Assembly (NCBI GenBank): GCA_964016885.1 | Contig: OZ024740.1 | Coordinates: 156,922,001 to 156,986,000 of the forward strand | Reading direction: 5' to 3' | Length of the DNA: 64,000 nucleotides | From: Eledone cirrhosa | Lineage: Eukaryota | In this document: positions 35,980 through 49,127 of the stretch, piece after piece | Position numbering within the stretch: position 1 is the stretch's first letter | Layout: every line of letters starts with the position of its first letter | Made by a program: the position numbers and the translations under genes | Notes under the pieces: model-generated | Database searches by the model: none | Told to the model about the DNA's origin: nothing | What the model saw: only the letters and a program-made list of their open reading frames with translations

Positions 35980-38900
35980 AATGCCACACAGAAATCACGT
36001 GGAGTGACGAAACCACTGGAGGTGATGAAATCACCGGTGGTTATGTAACCATACATTCGCCAATCCTCGATAAGGGTGTTTAAATGTCGAACCTAAACAG
36101 TTCGAATAACGGTGAAATGGAGACTAGAATGTCATGTGACAGACTCTCACCCAACAGGTGCTCCCTGGATCAGCAGCAGGGACCTGGCTGTCAACCAAAT
36201 ACTGCTGGTGTCGGAGGAAGAAGAAGAAGGAAAGGGACCAGAACCAACTGGACGAAAGAATTGAATAGAACTGTTATGCAATGTTACCTGAAGAGTAACC
36301 CCAAGGAGAAAGGCTATAGGAAACAGATGCATAAAATCTGGAACGAGATCGGTCTATTTAAATTAGATGAACAAAAATTGGCCGGGCAGGCTCGGGTAAT
36401 AAGAACTAATGGGTGGATAAGCGAGCTGGAACTGGAGGAACTGAGCAGAGAGATTAGCTTGGAGATAGAGAGTGGAGTATGCCAGGCAAACGAGCCAGTG
36501 GGAAATGAAGGTGAAGAGGTCGAGAGAACGGAGGAACCACCCGAAGCAGACAATGATCTGAATGCTGAGATAAATAATACCTGGAACAGAGATACGGCCA
36601 CTGAGGAGATGAATGCTGACGGGCTAGGACAAGATTTGGTTGATATCCTAAACTTAGTGGTAGATGAATTGAACAATGATAGTGGGAGACATATGAAACT
36701 AAGATTTGTAGACAGGAAAAAGTTAAAAGAAACAACAGCTAAGGTAAACAAAGTCATCCCATACCTTGAGGCGAGGAGCCTTCACCAGTGCAACAATATC
36801 CTCAAAGCAACAGCAAATACGGTGAGGAAACTACTTGGTATAAAAGCGAGAGGAAACAACAGACAAGAAAGAGCAGAGCCTTGGTGGAAGAAACGACTGA
36901 GTGGTCAAATCAGGGAAATGAGAAATGACATTGGAAAGCTTGAGTCCCTACTGAATGGGACACTAAAAGACATAGACACTAAAAATAGACTGGAAATAAA
37001 GTACAAAACTAGGAGGAAAAAGTTAAATATTATCATAGAGGAACTGAAGCAACGCATTGTAGCAAAGAGTGCAAAAATCAGGCGATACGAGAACAGAGTC
37101 AGTCAGTATAGACAGAACCGCATGTTCGACAACAACCAGAAGATGTTGTTTGGACAGCTTGAAGGGAAAGAAAGAGGCAACGACTTGATCCCTGAGGCGG
37201 AACAAACTAAAACATTCTGGAGAGGAATATGGGAGCAGGATGTTAAACATAATGACCAGGCAGAGTGGATTAAGACAGTACAAAAGGAGATTAGTGAACA
37301 GGCACGCCAACAAACTGATTTGAGTATCACAGTTGAAACTCTTAGGGGGCAGGCCAAAAAACTAACCAACTGGAAATCACCAGGCCCAGATGGTGTGCAG
37401 GGTATTGGATTAAAAATATAACATCCCTCCAGCCGAAACTGACAACCATGTTCAATGACTGCTTGATGTCAGGTGAGGTACCAGAGTGGTTGACAAGAGG
37501 TACCACAGTTCTGATAATGAAAGACCGAATCAAGGGTAATGATGTTACCAAATATAGACCTATCACATGTCTGTCCGTAATGTGGAAACTGTTGACAAGC
37601 ATTATATCTGAGGAAATCTACCATCACCTCCACACAAACAACTTGTTACCGGACGAACAGAACGGATGCCGAAAGAAATCACGTGGTACAAAGGACCAGT
37701 TACTTATTGATAAGATGGTAATGAGGAATTGCAAGAGGAGACACACTGGTCTTGCCATGGGATGGATAGACTACAAAAAGGCATTTGACATGGTGCCTCA
37801 TTCTTGGATCACCAAAAGCCTGGAGATCTTCAAGGTGGCAGATAACATCAGACAGTTGTTGGGCAAAAGTATGAAGTCCTGGGAAACAGAGTTAACATCA
37901 ACTGGAGAATCCTTGGGAAGCGGGAAAATCAAGAGAGGTATCTTCCAGGGAGATAGTCTGTCCCCTCTGTTGTTTGTCCTTGCCCTGATGCCCCTGACCA
38001 GTGTACAGCGAAAAGTGAGAGCAGGATACAGTTTGGGAAGAGAGGGCTTACCATCAATCACCTCCTCTTCATGGACGATCTTAAGCTCTTCGGGAAGAGT
38101 GAGAAGGAGTTGGATGTGCTTGTTGACACTGTCCGTATTTTCAGCAATGATATATGTATGCAATTTGGTATTAGTAAGTGTGGAGTCATTGTGATGAGGA
38201 GGGGTAAGTTGAGCAGAAGTAACGGAATCCAGATACCAACAGGTGAGATGATAAAAGAAATTGACTCTGAGGAAGGATACAAGTATTTGGGCGTTCTGGA
38301 GGCTGATGACATCAAGAACAAAAAAATGAAGGAATTGATAAGAACTGAATACCTTCGGAGAGTAAGGAGCGTATTAAAGTCACATCTGAACAGTAGGAAT
38401 GCCATAAGTGCAGTAAATTCCCGAGCTGTGTCTATTATTAGGTACAGTGCGGGAATTCTGAGATGGAATGTTGCTGAACAAAAAGAAATGGATAGGAAGA
38501 CTAGGAAGCTATTGACTATCTACAACATGTTCCACAAGAGGAGTGATGTCGATAGACTCTACTCAAGGAGATCTGAGGGTGGAAGAGGTCTTATCAGCAT
38601 AGAGGACTGTGTTCAGATGGAGAAAAACACCTACACAAATATGTGACTGATAGTAAGGAGCCAATGCTCATAACTGTACTGAAGGAGGGGACAATAGGCC
38701 AGGGGATGTCCAAGGAGGAAATAACATCAAGGAGAAAGAGCAGCCTTCAGGAAAAATCCCTTCATAGTACCTTCTTTGAGAAAACTGAATTTAGAGATCC
38801 ACAGACATGGAACTGGTTGAAAAGAGGAGACCTTAAAAAGGCTACAGAAGGAATGTTAATGGCTGCGCAGGAGCAGGCCCTCAAAACGAAGTGGTTGAAA

Positions 38901-39579
38901 CACCACATTTACAAGGAGGAGGCTAGCCCACTGTGCAGGATCTGTGGAGAGAGAAAGGAGGCTGTGGCTCACATTGTATCCGAGTGTAAACACCTAGCCC
39001 AGACTCACTATAAGGGCTGGAGACATGATGTGATGGGCAGGGTGATCCACTGGCACCTATGCAAAGTAAACAACTTACCACATTCTGAGAAGTGGTATGA
39101 GCATAAGCCAGAGGCGGTGATAGAAAACGATCAGGTGAAGGTGCTGTGGGATTTTAGGATACAGACGGACAAGAAACTGGAACACAATAGACCTGGCCTG
39201 GTGGTTTTGGACAAGGAAAAAAGATCGTGCCTGATTGTGGATGTGGCCTGCCCATTCGACACGAGAGTGCAGGAGAAGGAGAGGGAGAAAATTAACCGAT
39301 ACCAGGACTTAAAGTGGGAGGTAAAAAGGATTTGGAACTGCCATGAAGTCAAAGTGGTCCCGATTGTCATAGGTGCACTAGGGACTATCTCAAAAAGTTT
39401 CCAGCGATGGTTAAAGAAAATTGGCCCCTTCACGCTTTTTGGAACGCTTCAAAAGGCATGCTTGCTGGGAACAGCAAGAACCCTCCGATACGTCCTGAAT
39501 ATCTGAGGCTGCAGGTAGTGGCTTGATATTCATTTCAACAAACTTTCCAGTTAACTAACATCAATGACTGAGACTCAAA

Positions 39580-39580
<1 letters not shown>
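35980..39580 (+). mobile_element. Near full-length Dong-like R4-clade element (family C) with three frameshifts, 3' end in (TAA)n
   Basis: ORFs 36084-37421, 37448-38194, 38071-38646, 38643-39506: WKSPGPD, YRPITCL, IDYKKAFD, QGDSLSP, FMDDLKL, CRIC..H..C, RHD, RPGLVV...DVACP. Confidence 0.9.
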
Positions 39581-39640
<60 letters not shown>

Positions 39641-39668
39641 TACAAGAACGAAGAAATGCCTACCAAAC

Positions 39669-41429
39669 ATTAAGTAAAATGCTCAATGAAACAAAACATG
39701 GATATAGAGTCTATGACAAAACCATTAATCACCTGTTCTACATGGATGACCTGAAACTATTTGCAAAAAATAATGAACAATTGCAAGGGCTATTATCCAC
39801 TGTGAAGCAGTTCAGTGATGACATTAAAATGGAGTTTGGACTGGATAAATGCGCCAAAGCAACGTTCACCAGAGGAAAGCTGCTGAAGAGTTCAGACATT
39901 AATCTTGATCGGGGGAACGTGATAAGAGAGCTTGATCAAGAACAAACTTACAAATATCTAGGTGTCTGTGAAGGAGACGGAATCAAGCACTCGACAATGA
40001 GGGAAAGGATAAGGAAGGAATGTTACCGCAGAGTCAGAGCAATCTTAAGAACGGAATTGAATGCAAGGAATAGGATCGATGCCATAAACACGCTTGCCAT
40101 ACCAGTAGTAACCTACAGTTACAATGTCATCAACTGGTCAAGCACAGAGATCCGTAGGCTCGATACAAAAATCCGAAAATTCTTAACCATGCACAGAATG
40201 CATCACCCTAAGGCAGACATAGATAGAATATATCTCCCTAGGAAAGAAGGAGGACGTGGGTTAATCCAGTTAGACATTGCGTTGAAAACTGCAACAATTG
40301 GATTATCCACATATCTAAGGGAATCACATGATTGGATGATCAAACTCGTTTTGAAACACGAAAGCACCAAAAGATCATATTCCATTACAAAAGATGCACA
40401 AAGATACAGTAATGGACTACAAATTTCAGAAGTCCCATTTACTGCTGAAATGGAAAACACAGAAAAAGCAAAGCAGGTAAAAGTAACTGCAAAGAAAGAA
40501 CTGCTACAGAAACTGGCTAAGAAATGGCAAGAAAAGCCTCTGTATGGAAAATACCCAGAGCGAGCTAACAATCCTGATGTTGACAAAACTTTAACTCATC
40601 AGTGGTTGGCATCCTCTGGACTGAAATCGGAGACTGAAGGACTGATTATATCCGCACAAGATCAGTGTCTGCCAACAAAATATTACCAAGCCAACATAAT
40701 AAAAAATGGGTGCAGCCCATTATGCCGTGTATGCAAAAAACAACCAGAGACCATTGACCATATAATTTCAATGTGCAGTCCTATAGCTCCAACCGAATAC
40801 CTAAACAGGCATGACAGAGCTGCACAATACATACATTGGATAATGTGCAAGCATTTTGACCTGCCCCATCAAAAGAATTGGTGGGAGCATCAACCACCTC
40901 CCATACTTGAAAAAGATCACATCTCAATCTTGTGGAACTTTAGCATCCAAACAGACCGAAAAATAGATGCAAATAGACCTGATATAATATTGAAGGACTT
41001 TCAAAGGAGGGTATGCCTGCTAATTGATATGTCTGTTCCAATAGACAAGAATGTATCTATAAAAACATTTGAAAAATTGAGCAAGTATAAGGACCTGGAG
41101 ATAGAAATTGGAAAAATGTGGAAATTGAGAACTAAAACAATACCAGTGGTTGTAGGCGCTCTGGGAATGATACCTAAGGGGTCTAACGACTACTTATCGC
41201 AAATCCCAGGAAACCCGCGTATAGGAGAAATACAAAAGATAGTACTAATGGGAACTGCCCATATACTAAGGAAGATCCTGTCAATATAAGTACATCACAA
41301 GTCTAAACACTAAGGATGCATGTGTGAATATGTGTGTTCTTTCTTGAACATGGCGGACCTTGTTGTCTCTTGAGGTCACTGGTTGTGACTTGGTGATAAC
41401 TCGTATAAACATAAAGCAAGATAAATGCA

Positions 41430-41430
<1 letters not shown>
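39669..41430 (+). mobile_element. 5'-truncated Dong-like element (family D) with open ORF 39679-41289, between (TAA)n arrays
   Basis: HLFYMDDLKL, YKYLG, GGRGL, CRVC..H..C, RHD, RPDIIL...DMSVP..EKLSKY; 140-bp 3' UTR then (TAA)n. Confidence 0.92.
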
Positions 41431-41499
<69 letters not shown>

Positions 41500-42430
41500 G
41501 TAATGATAATAATAATTTTCACATGCATGTTCATTCAGAGAAGAGAGTTCATTTGTCTGTCACACATCCGTGTGAATGTGTGTGTGTGGCAATGAGGTGT
41601 AAAAACGGTATATTCGAACAATTGCACCACTTGGTACTTGCCTCCTTACAAGAACGAAGAAATGCCTACCAAACTAATTATTGAAGTTCATATGAGTGGC
41701 TTATATGTTTGAAAGCAAGTATGACCGCAATATAACGATTGAAACCAGTAAAAGAATTGTATACTATAACTACAGCACATTGAGACGTATCTATTTACAC
41801 TTAAGTTTACTGAACCATTTTATACTTAAGTTGGCATTCTACAGCATGGTGTTGGTGTGATTATACGAAACATTACCTCTTCGGCACCCACCTGGCTTGC
41901 CACTTTAACACCTTGATCAACCACTGCTTTTTGTATGTACAGTTGTGTTGTTTACATGCAGACATCTCAAGCCGGTTCTTCGAATGTGTAACTTACACCC
42001 ATTTGTAGATAAGATAGAGTTTTATAGTAGTTTTGGTTTCAACCATGTATCTGATAGTTTTCAGAGCAGTTAGGTTTACATCCTTCTATCTGATAATGTA
42101 CATGAAGCAGTTGGCCTCTTTTCAGCCATATATTATCTTTACTCAACTCCTGCTGGTGTCTCGCTTGCAGCTATAAAACATTATTTACTTTTTCAGTTAA
42201 TATGTAATTGTTTAGCCCGTCAGATCAGCTCGTATTGAGAAGACCTATGAGCAAAGGCATCCCAGAAATTATCATACAATTTCAGGCACAGGATCAGGTA
42301 GTTCTAGAACGGTGTTTCCTTAAGTAGGTTCCAAGGAAACTCGGTGCTCCGCAAGGGATTTCCAAGATTCATCGAGATAAAAATGTTTTTAATAAAATAT
42401 CATAAATATTTATTATGTTTATTATATGAG

Positions 42431-42507
<77 letters not shown>

Positions 42508-42516
42508 CTCTCACTC

Positions 42517-42555
<39 letters not shown>

Positions 42556-43638
42556 CTCCCTCTCCTTCTCCCACGCTTTCTCTCTCTCAACAAATTATGT
42601 TTCATTTATTCTATTAATAAAATTATAGTTTGAGGGGTGTCTATAAAATAGATATGAGTTCCGCTATTTTGGAAACATCGTATAAGGATCCCACACCAAA
42701 ATTAGTTTGTGAATCACTATTTTAAATGCACCATGTATCCTCCCAGGAAACAGGTATGGCTAAGTGGATTAGGACTTCGTTTCAGAGTATGACACTCCAG
42801 ATTCGAACCTACCGAAAGGCCTTTGGAAAAAGTTACTTTAACCATCGCCTGGGGTCATCTAACGCCTTGGTGGTTGAAATTAAATAGACTAAAACCGTCA
42901 CAGTGTAATACGTTGATTCTGTCGGTAACTTATATTGTGTATGCATGAGCCAGCTACTTAAACATCAACTTAACAACTAGGACATTCAGTTGATCAAACA
43001 GTTGAATGATTATCATCGAAATCGACGGCACATCCCTCATTCATCCTTCCTTCTTAAAGATGCTTTTGTATGATTTGAAGATTTGGTGGGTATGTTTTGC
43101 ACGTTGATGGCCACATAAATGCTGTATCGTTTTCTCATCAGTTAACACGTTTTGGCCGCTGGTTGATAACGTAGAAAACATGTATTATGTTTTAAATTAG
43201 TAATACTAATTTGTTATACAGTATAGATTAGTATATTTAGATATTATTAAACAGAAGTTCCTCTAAAGCTGCGAATGTATCAAGATGGCTATGATCATCT
43301 CTATTATCTAACATCGTGTATCTAGGACTATCTTATCCAATTTGGAGTTCCTATTATGCTGTTGTAGTTTAGACCCAGATTAACCCTACTGGAATAAACC
43401 TATGATAAAAATGCATTCCACCCATGACCGACCCGTATACTTAAAAACATAATCCATCTAGTATTACGCTTTGAAATGTGTTATGTTGTTGTTATTTAGG
43501 TCATGGTGTTGGCCTTGTGTCTAAATCAGAAACCATTAGTTAGTCCGTAGTCAAATCTACCCAGGCATACGAAGTCATTCGATTAACACCCTATCTATTT
43601 ACAGATATACCGTATCTAAGACTACGTTATTTAATGTA

Positions 43639-43779
43639 CCGTATTTCCCGGCGCCGAAGACGCTTCGTCCTCGGAGACGCACCCTAATTTTGACACCCAA
43701 AATTTGAAAATAAATAATAAACAAGCTTCGGCCTCCAGGACGCATGGTAGATTTTTGAGATTTATGCCGGGAAATACGG
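43639..43779. mobile_element. Tc1/mariner-type MITE with TA target duplication
   Basis: TA-CCGTATTTCCCGGC...GCCGGGAAATACGG-TA perfect 14-bp TIR; second copy at 51098. Confidence 0.88.
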
Positions 43780-44925
43780 TATTTTTCCTATTATGTTGTT
43801 TAATCCTAAGTCAACACTGATCGAGCAGACCTTTCATCAAATGCATTCCAATCGTATAGGGAATTTGACTATTATTTCTCGCAGCATGACATATTATGTA
43901 GACTAAGTGAAAGGGATTTGAAGGGTTGTGTCAGGTTGTATAGGGCGATCGTAAATGAGTGATAGCGATTGTAGGAAGTTGGTTTTGTTTATTTAGACCC
44001 AGGTCATCCTTATTCAGAAGCAATCTAGCCTTGACCATTCCATTTGTCTAAGCATATATTATCTCTAAATTACTCACTATGTACTTCCTTTCATTAATAA
44101 ACAATAATTTGAGAGGGACTTCGCTGCTATATCTAGCAGGCCGAAGAACTAAGTAGAGGCATATTTATTAGATGGTGTGTAACCATTGTATGAGTGTGAC
44201 TGGTGAGCAGGCTCTGGTGTTACAAATAGTGCTGTGTTTTCTGACTCATAGGCTTTATGTAGCGAGACTAGGAGCCAATTCATGACGTAGCTAAAGCAGT
44301 ATTTTCGATATTTTATATGAACACTATAATATTGTAAGCAGCATATAATTTATATGCGTGTCAACGGGGAACCTCTATATGGTCAGTCAATCATCGAAAA
44401 TAGGCTGAGGAATTTCCTTCTTATCACACCCTAGAATCTCATGGTGTGGAGGAAATAATGTACTACTAAATACATTGTATCTAAAAAGATGGCACAGTCA
44501 TAATTGATTGCAGTGTTGGTCATGGTGATGCCGTTGATAATCGTGACGAGGGTGGTATCGGTGATGGTGATGGTGATGGTGTGAATGTGCTAGTTGTGTT
44601 GGTGATAGTGACGGTGTGTTCAATGGTGACTGTGTTGGTGGTAGCAGTGTTGCGGGTGGTAAACTTTTCATTTTAATTATATAAGGCGTTATCGATGCTC
44701 ACGTGGTCAACATCATCGGATGCTTCCGAAGCCGCATGTTTTTTTTTTCAGAGTTTCTCTCTCCTAGAAAGATGTTGTGACAACAACTGGGTGCATCTCA
44801 CACCCAATACATACATACATACATACATGCATGTATACATTCATATACATACATACATACATACATACATACATACATACATACATACATACATACATAC
44901 ATACATGCATGTATACATACATGCA

Positions 44926-45498
44926 GGCATAACAGACCAGATATTATTATAAGGGACTGGGAGAAGAAAACATGCACAGTAGTGGAAATAAGCTGCCCAG
45001 CAGATGCCAATATAATATCAAAGATTAGTGAAAAGGAGAATATTTATGCAGAATTGATGAGAAATCTGCAGATACTCTACCCTGATTACACCTTCAGATT
45101 TATGCCTGTGATTATTGGGGAACTGGGATATGTTAGTAACTGCCTCAATACAAATCTTGAGAAGCTAGGCTTCACAGGAACAGAAAGAACACAACTAGTT
45201 AGGAAACTACAAGTACAATCCATTAATGGAGCAGTAAAAATATGTAAAACATTCCAAAAATGTTGCATCTAATAACTGCACATACACATGTACAAATGCA
45301 AAGCATATATACATGCACACATACAACTCAAACCATACACATCCACACATACAATAACATCCATATCTACACATACATGCATACATACATATCTACCTAG
45401 TTGATGTTGTGTAAATTCCAATGAGCGTCTTGTGTCTATGTTAGAAACCGTCTCTCTCTCTATTGGTAAAACTTTGTGAAATTATAAAACCAGAAGAA
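44926..45498 (+). mobile_element. R4/Dong family B 3' fragment (RLE domain) in an isolated (TACA)n array
   Basis: HNRPDIII...VVEISCP...KENIY...MPVIIGELG; TACA repeats on both sides. Confidence 0.9.
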
Positions 45499-46258
45499 CA
45501 TACACACATACATACAGACATACAGACATACATTCATACATACATATATGCATATTGTGAAAAACCTGAGTTATGTCCACTGGATTAACAATGTGAAACA
45601 CCCTAGCGATAAAATACGAAGCTAAGGTCTCTCCATTGAATCGACATCACCATACGGAATCCTGTAAATACGCTTCCTTAATCATGAAACGACATTCAGA
45701 ATCCCAATATCGCTTCCTTAATCACGAAACGGCATTCAGATACCCAAATAAAAGACACCCCAGAAATTTGACAAATAAAATATGACAAGAACATAGATTT
45801 CTTCATCAAATGAAGGATACTAGAAAAATCTAGGCTCAAGACCTGCAGATTATGCAATGACGAGATAATATGGATATTGAATAATCTCCAAAACAATAAC
45901 AAACCACTTAACACACGTACAGAGTTCTTCTCGCGATGTTCTTATATGTCTTAGTACATTTTAAAGTACTGGCCACATTTAATATTGATTTATATCTTTC
46001 TTAATCAATCTATAGTTTCTAGCTCTCGCCCTCAAAATTATTAGTTAATTTAGCTTTTGTTCGCGCTATTTTCGATCAAATTTTCTCCACAAGACCATCC
46101 AGATTATTTTTCCTTCATTTGGAGCCCTTCTATCTTTACTTATTGTTCAGTATTTTCCGGTTCATTTTCATCGGCACAGGTTGAACCAGTTGGTCCTCAG
46201 GGCTAACGCAATGTAGGTACCTTTTATGGCACCGTTGCAGTTACTGGCCTTAATAATT

Positions 46259-46307
<49 letters not shown>

Positions 46308-46310
<3 letters not shown>

Positions 46311-46437
46311 GTAGAACATTTGAAGGTAATATCCGTAGTGGTAGAGCACTCAGTCCATGAGACGAGTTAGGTAGAAGTGGTTACACAACAGTTAGTTCAC
46401 CATATCGAGAACAATTGTTTCACCTTAGCGGATCCTC

Positions 46438-46443
<6 letters not shown>
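46308..46443 (-). mobile_element. PLE 3' end with minimal hammerhead (46407-46442)
   Basis: Minus strand gag CTGAGGA t cc-gctaa-gg t GAAA caattg TT ctc; 3' end at (TA)n; related remnant at 56742-56780. Confidence 0.68.
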
Positions 46444-46510
<67 letters not shown>

Positions 46511-46779
46511 TATATATATATAAACCCCGTAATACAACGGTTGGTGCATATTTGATTGTTGTTATATTGAGACCGTTTAGAAATGCTTTCCTCTTTATCT
46601 AGTTTAGAGCAGTACGCATCATTTTGGGTAATGTTGAGTATAATTTTATAGATTTGAATTTGTGGTATCGATTTATTGCTAAAGTTAAAGCAATTAACAG
46701 CCACAGTTTTATATATATATATATATATATGACTGTTAAATGCTTTAATAACTTCTACACAAATAAATCGAATTGTGCT

Positions 46780-47990
46780 ATGTCATTCACTGGACTGGCT
46801 AAGCCAATCATCGTCTGCCTTTGAACTCTCAAACTGTTTTTGCATAAGACCAAGTGCTTTTGTCAAATTTCAGATAATTTTTATTCATTTGCCATGTCAA
46901 CCTAGCCTTTCCCAGTGGTTGTTTTCCACCATATTTTCCACTCCAACATCTCATTCTCAGCACTACCATAGATATCTCTCTATTGTTCTCTCTGGTACTG
47001 TTTCCGCATCGATACCTATATACCACACACAATATACTGTAAAAATTCCTTTGCTGCGTTGCATTCATATTTTTCACACTGCCTTCGTATAAGTGCTACG
47101 CTTTAGTACGATAGAGAAAAATATAATAGACTGTAGTTTTAGTTTTTATACTGACTTTGTTTTTGCTTTGTTTTGTTTATTTGCCAAATGTCGGCAAACC
47201 TACTTAGTGCTGCTCCAGCTTTCCAAGTTTGATGTTGACCCTCTTGTCACAGCTTCCATCTGCACTTTTACTGTCATCTTGATATTTATGCGTTTGCACT
47301 TTTTTTTTGCATTAAAACATCAGCCATCGTGGTTTTTACAGAGTTTCGTGTTTGCTAACTTTCTCCATTCTTTCCAATGAATGCGATAGTATTGGCATAA
47401 CCCCAATAAAATAACATCATGTCATTGTCCAATATGAATCCGTATGTTTCTCGATCAATGTTCCTCATGCAAAAATCTGAACACGCCCTCGTCTAACACC
47501 AGTTGCAACAGCAAAACACTCTACTATTATATCATTAACATGTACAATTAGCACTTTAGACATTGCTTTTATTTTGTTTTCTAGTTTTCCGGATATTGCG
47601 AAACTTCTAATGATTTTCCTCATAACATTTCTATTTACATTGTCAAATGCTTTTTAAACGTCAAGAAAGCTGCAGTTGATTTATACACGATTGTGTTTCT
47701 GTATTATATGCAGGACAGCAAAACAGGAAATCAGTGCATGATCTCTGTCATGACATCCAGATTACCGGATTCTTAAAATGATGCCAGTTATCTCCATTAT
47801 ACTGATTAATAGAAACAATGAAAGCAGTTTTCTGATCACCACAGGTTGAAAGATTCCCTTCCAGTCTAAACAATAATTAAGAATACATTTCTTTGAAAGT
47901 TTAACAACAGCCGTTGTTTCCTATTCTTCTCCTATTTTCTAATCATTCGATATCATCTTACATAGGTTGCATACGTAGTACTGTCTCTTT
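46780..47990 (-). pseudogene. Ancient degenerate LINE RT fragment
   Basis: Minus-strand remnants KKAFDNVNR and FAVATGVRRG among many stops and frameshifts. Confidence 0.6.
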
Positions 47991-48347
47991 CATATGTAAC
48001 AATCTTACCAGATATTCCATCTATGCCTGAAGCTTACCAACCTACCTACCTACCAACCTACCTACCTACCTACCTACCTACATACCTACCAACCTACCTA
48101 CTTATCTACCTATCTATCTACCTACCTAATAACTTACTTCCCTACATATCTGCCTGCCTATTTACCTATCTCCCTACATACCCATCTGCCTACATACATA
48201 CATACATACATACATACATACATACATACATACATACATACATACATACATACATACACACATACATATATGTGTGTATCTGTATATTATATTTCTATTG
48301 TTTTATATATAAATTTGTTTGTCCATATGTGCATGTATGTTTGCTGT

Positions 48348-48567
<220 letters not shown>

Positions 48568-48579
48568 TATATATATATC

Positions 48580-48821
48580 ACGATAAATTAACGGAGCCAT
48601 AGACTCTCACCATTCCCTGTAAATAATGTGCTCAAAGGAGAAGAAATCCTGAGCTCTTTAAAATACAATATGTTGAAAAGGTAACACACTAGAGAGAGAT
48701 ACAGTGCACTATCAATAAAACAGGGAAAGAACCACCAAATTCCATACACTGGTGGTTCTTTCCCTGTTTTATTGATAGCGCACTGTATCTCTCTCTAGAG
48801 TGTTACCTTTTCAACATATTG

Positions 48822-48828
<7 letters not shown>
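48580..48828. repeat. Fold-back cassette with ~78-bp arms (48658-48736 and 48750-48828) and left tail between TA repeats
   Basis: aaaatacaatatgttgaaaaggtaacac...gaaccacca pairs with tggtggttc...gtgttaccttttcaacatattgtatttt. Confidence 0.88.
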
Positions 48829-48871
<43 letters not shown>

Positions 48872-48876
<5 letters not shown>

Positions 48877-49059
48877 TAAACCCCGACGGCAGAGTTCAAT
48901 TCGTTTCGACGGCTATTTCTGGACTCCAGAAATAGCCGTCGAAACGGCTTGAACTCTGCCGTCGGGGTTTAACTTTTTCCTATTACCCACTCTACTACCC
49001 TAAGTATTGAGTACTCTGGTACGTTATGGTCCATCTAGTTCCTTACCACACCTCCTTCG

Positions 49060-49060
<1 letters not shown>
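48872..49060 (+). mobile_element. Fold-back cassette centred (48924) in hammerhead stem II, with right tail, in (TA)n
   Basis: gacggctatttctgga-c-tccagaaatagccgtc GAAA cggc-ttgaactct-gccg TC ggggt; arms 48872-48923 and 48925-48976. Confidence 0.88.
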
Positions 49061-49127
<67 letters not shown>

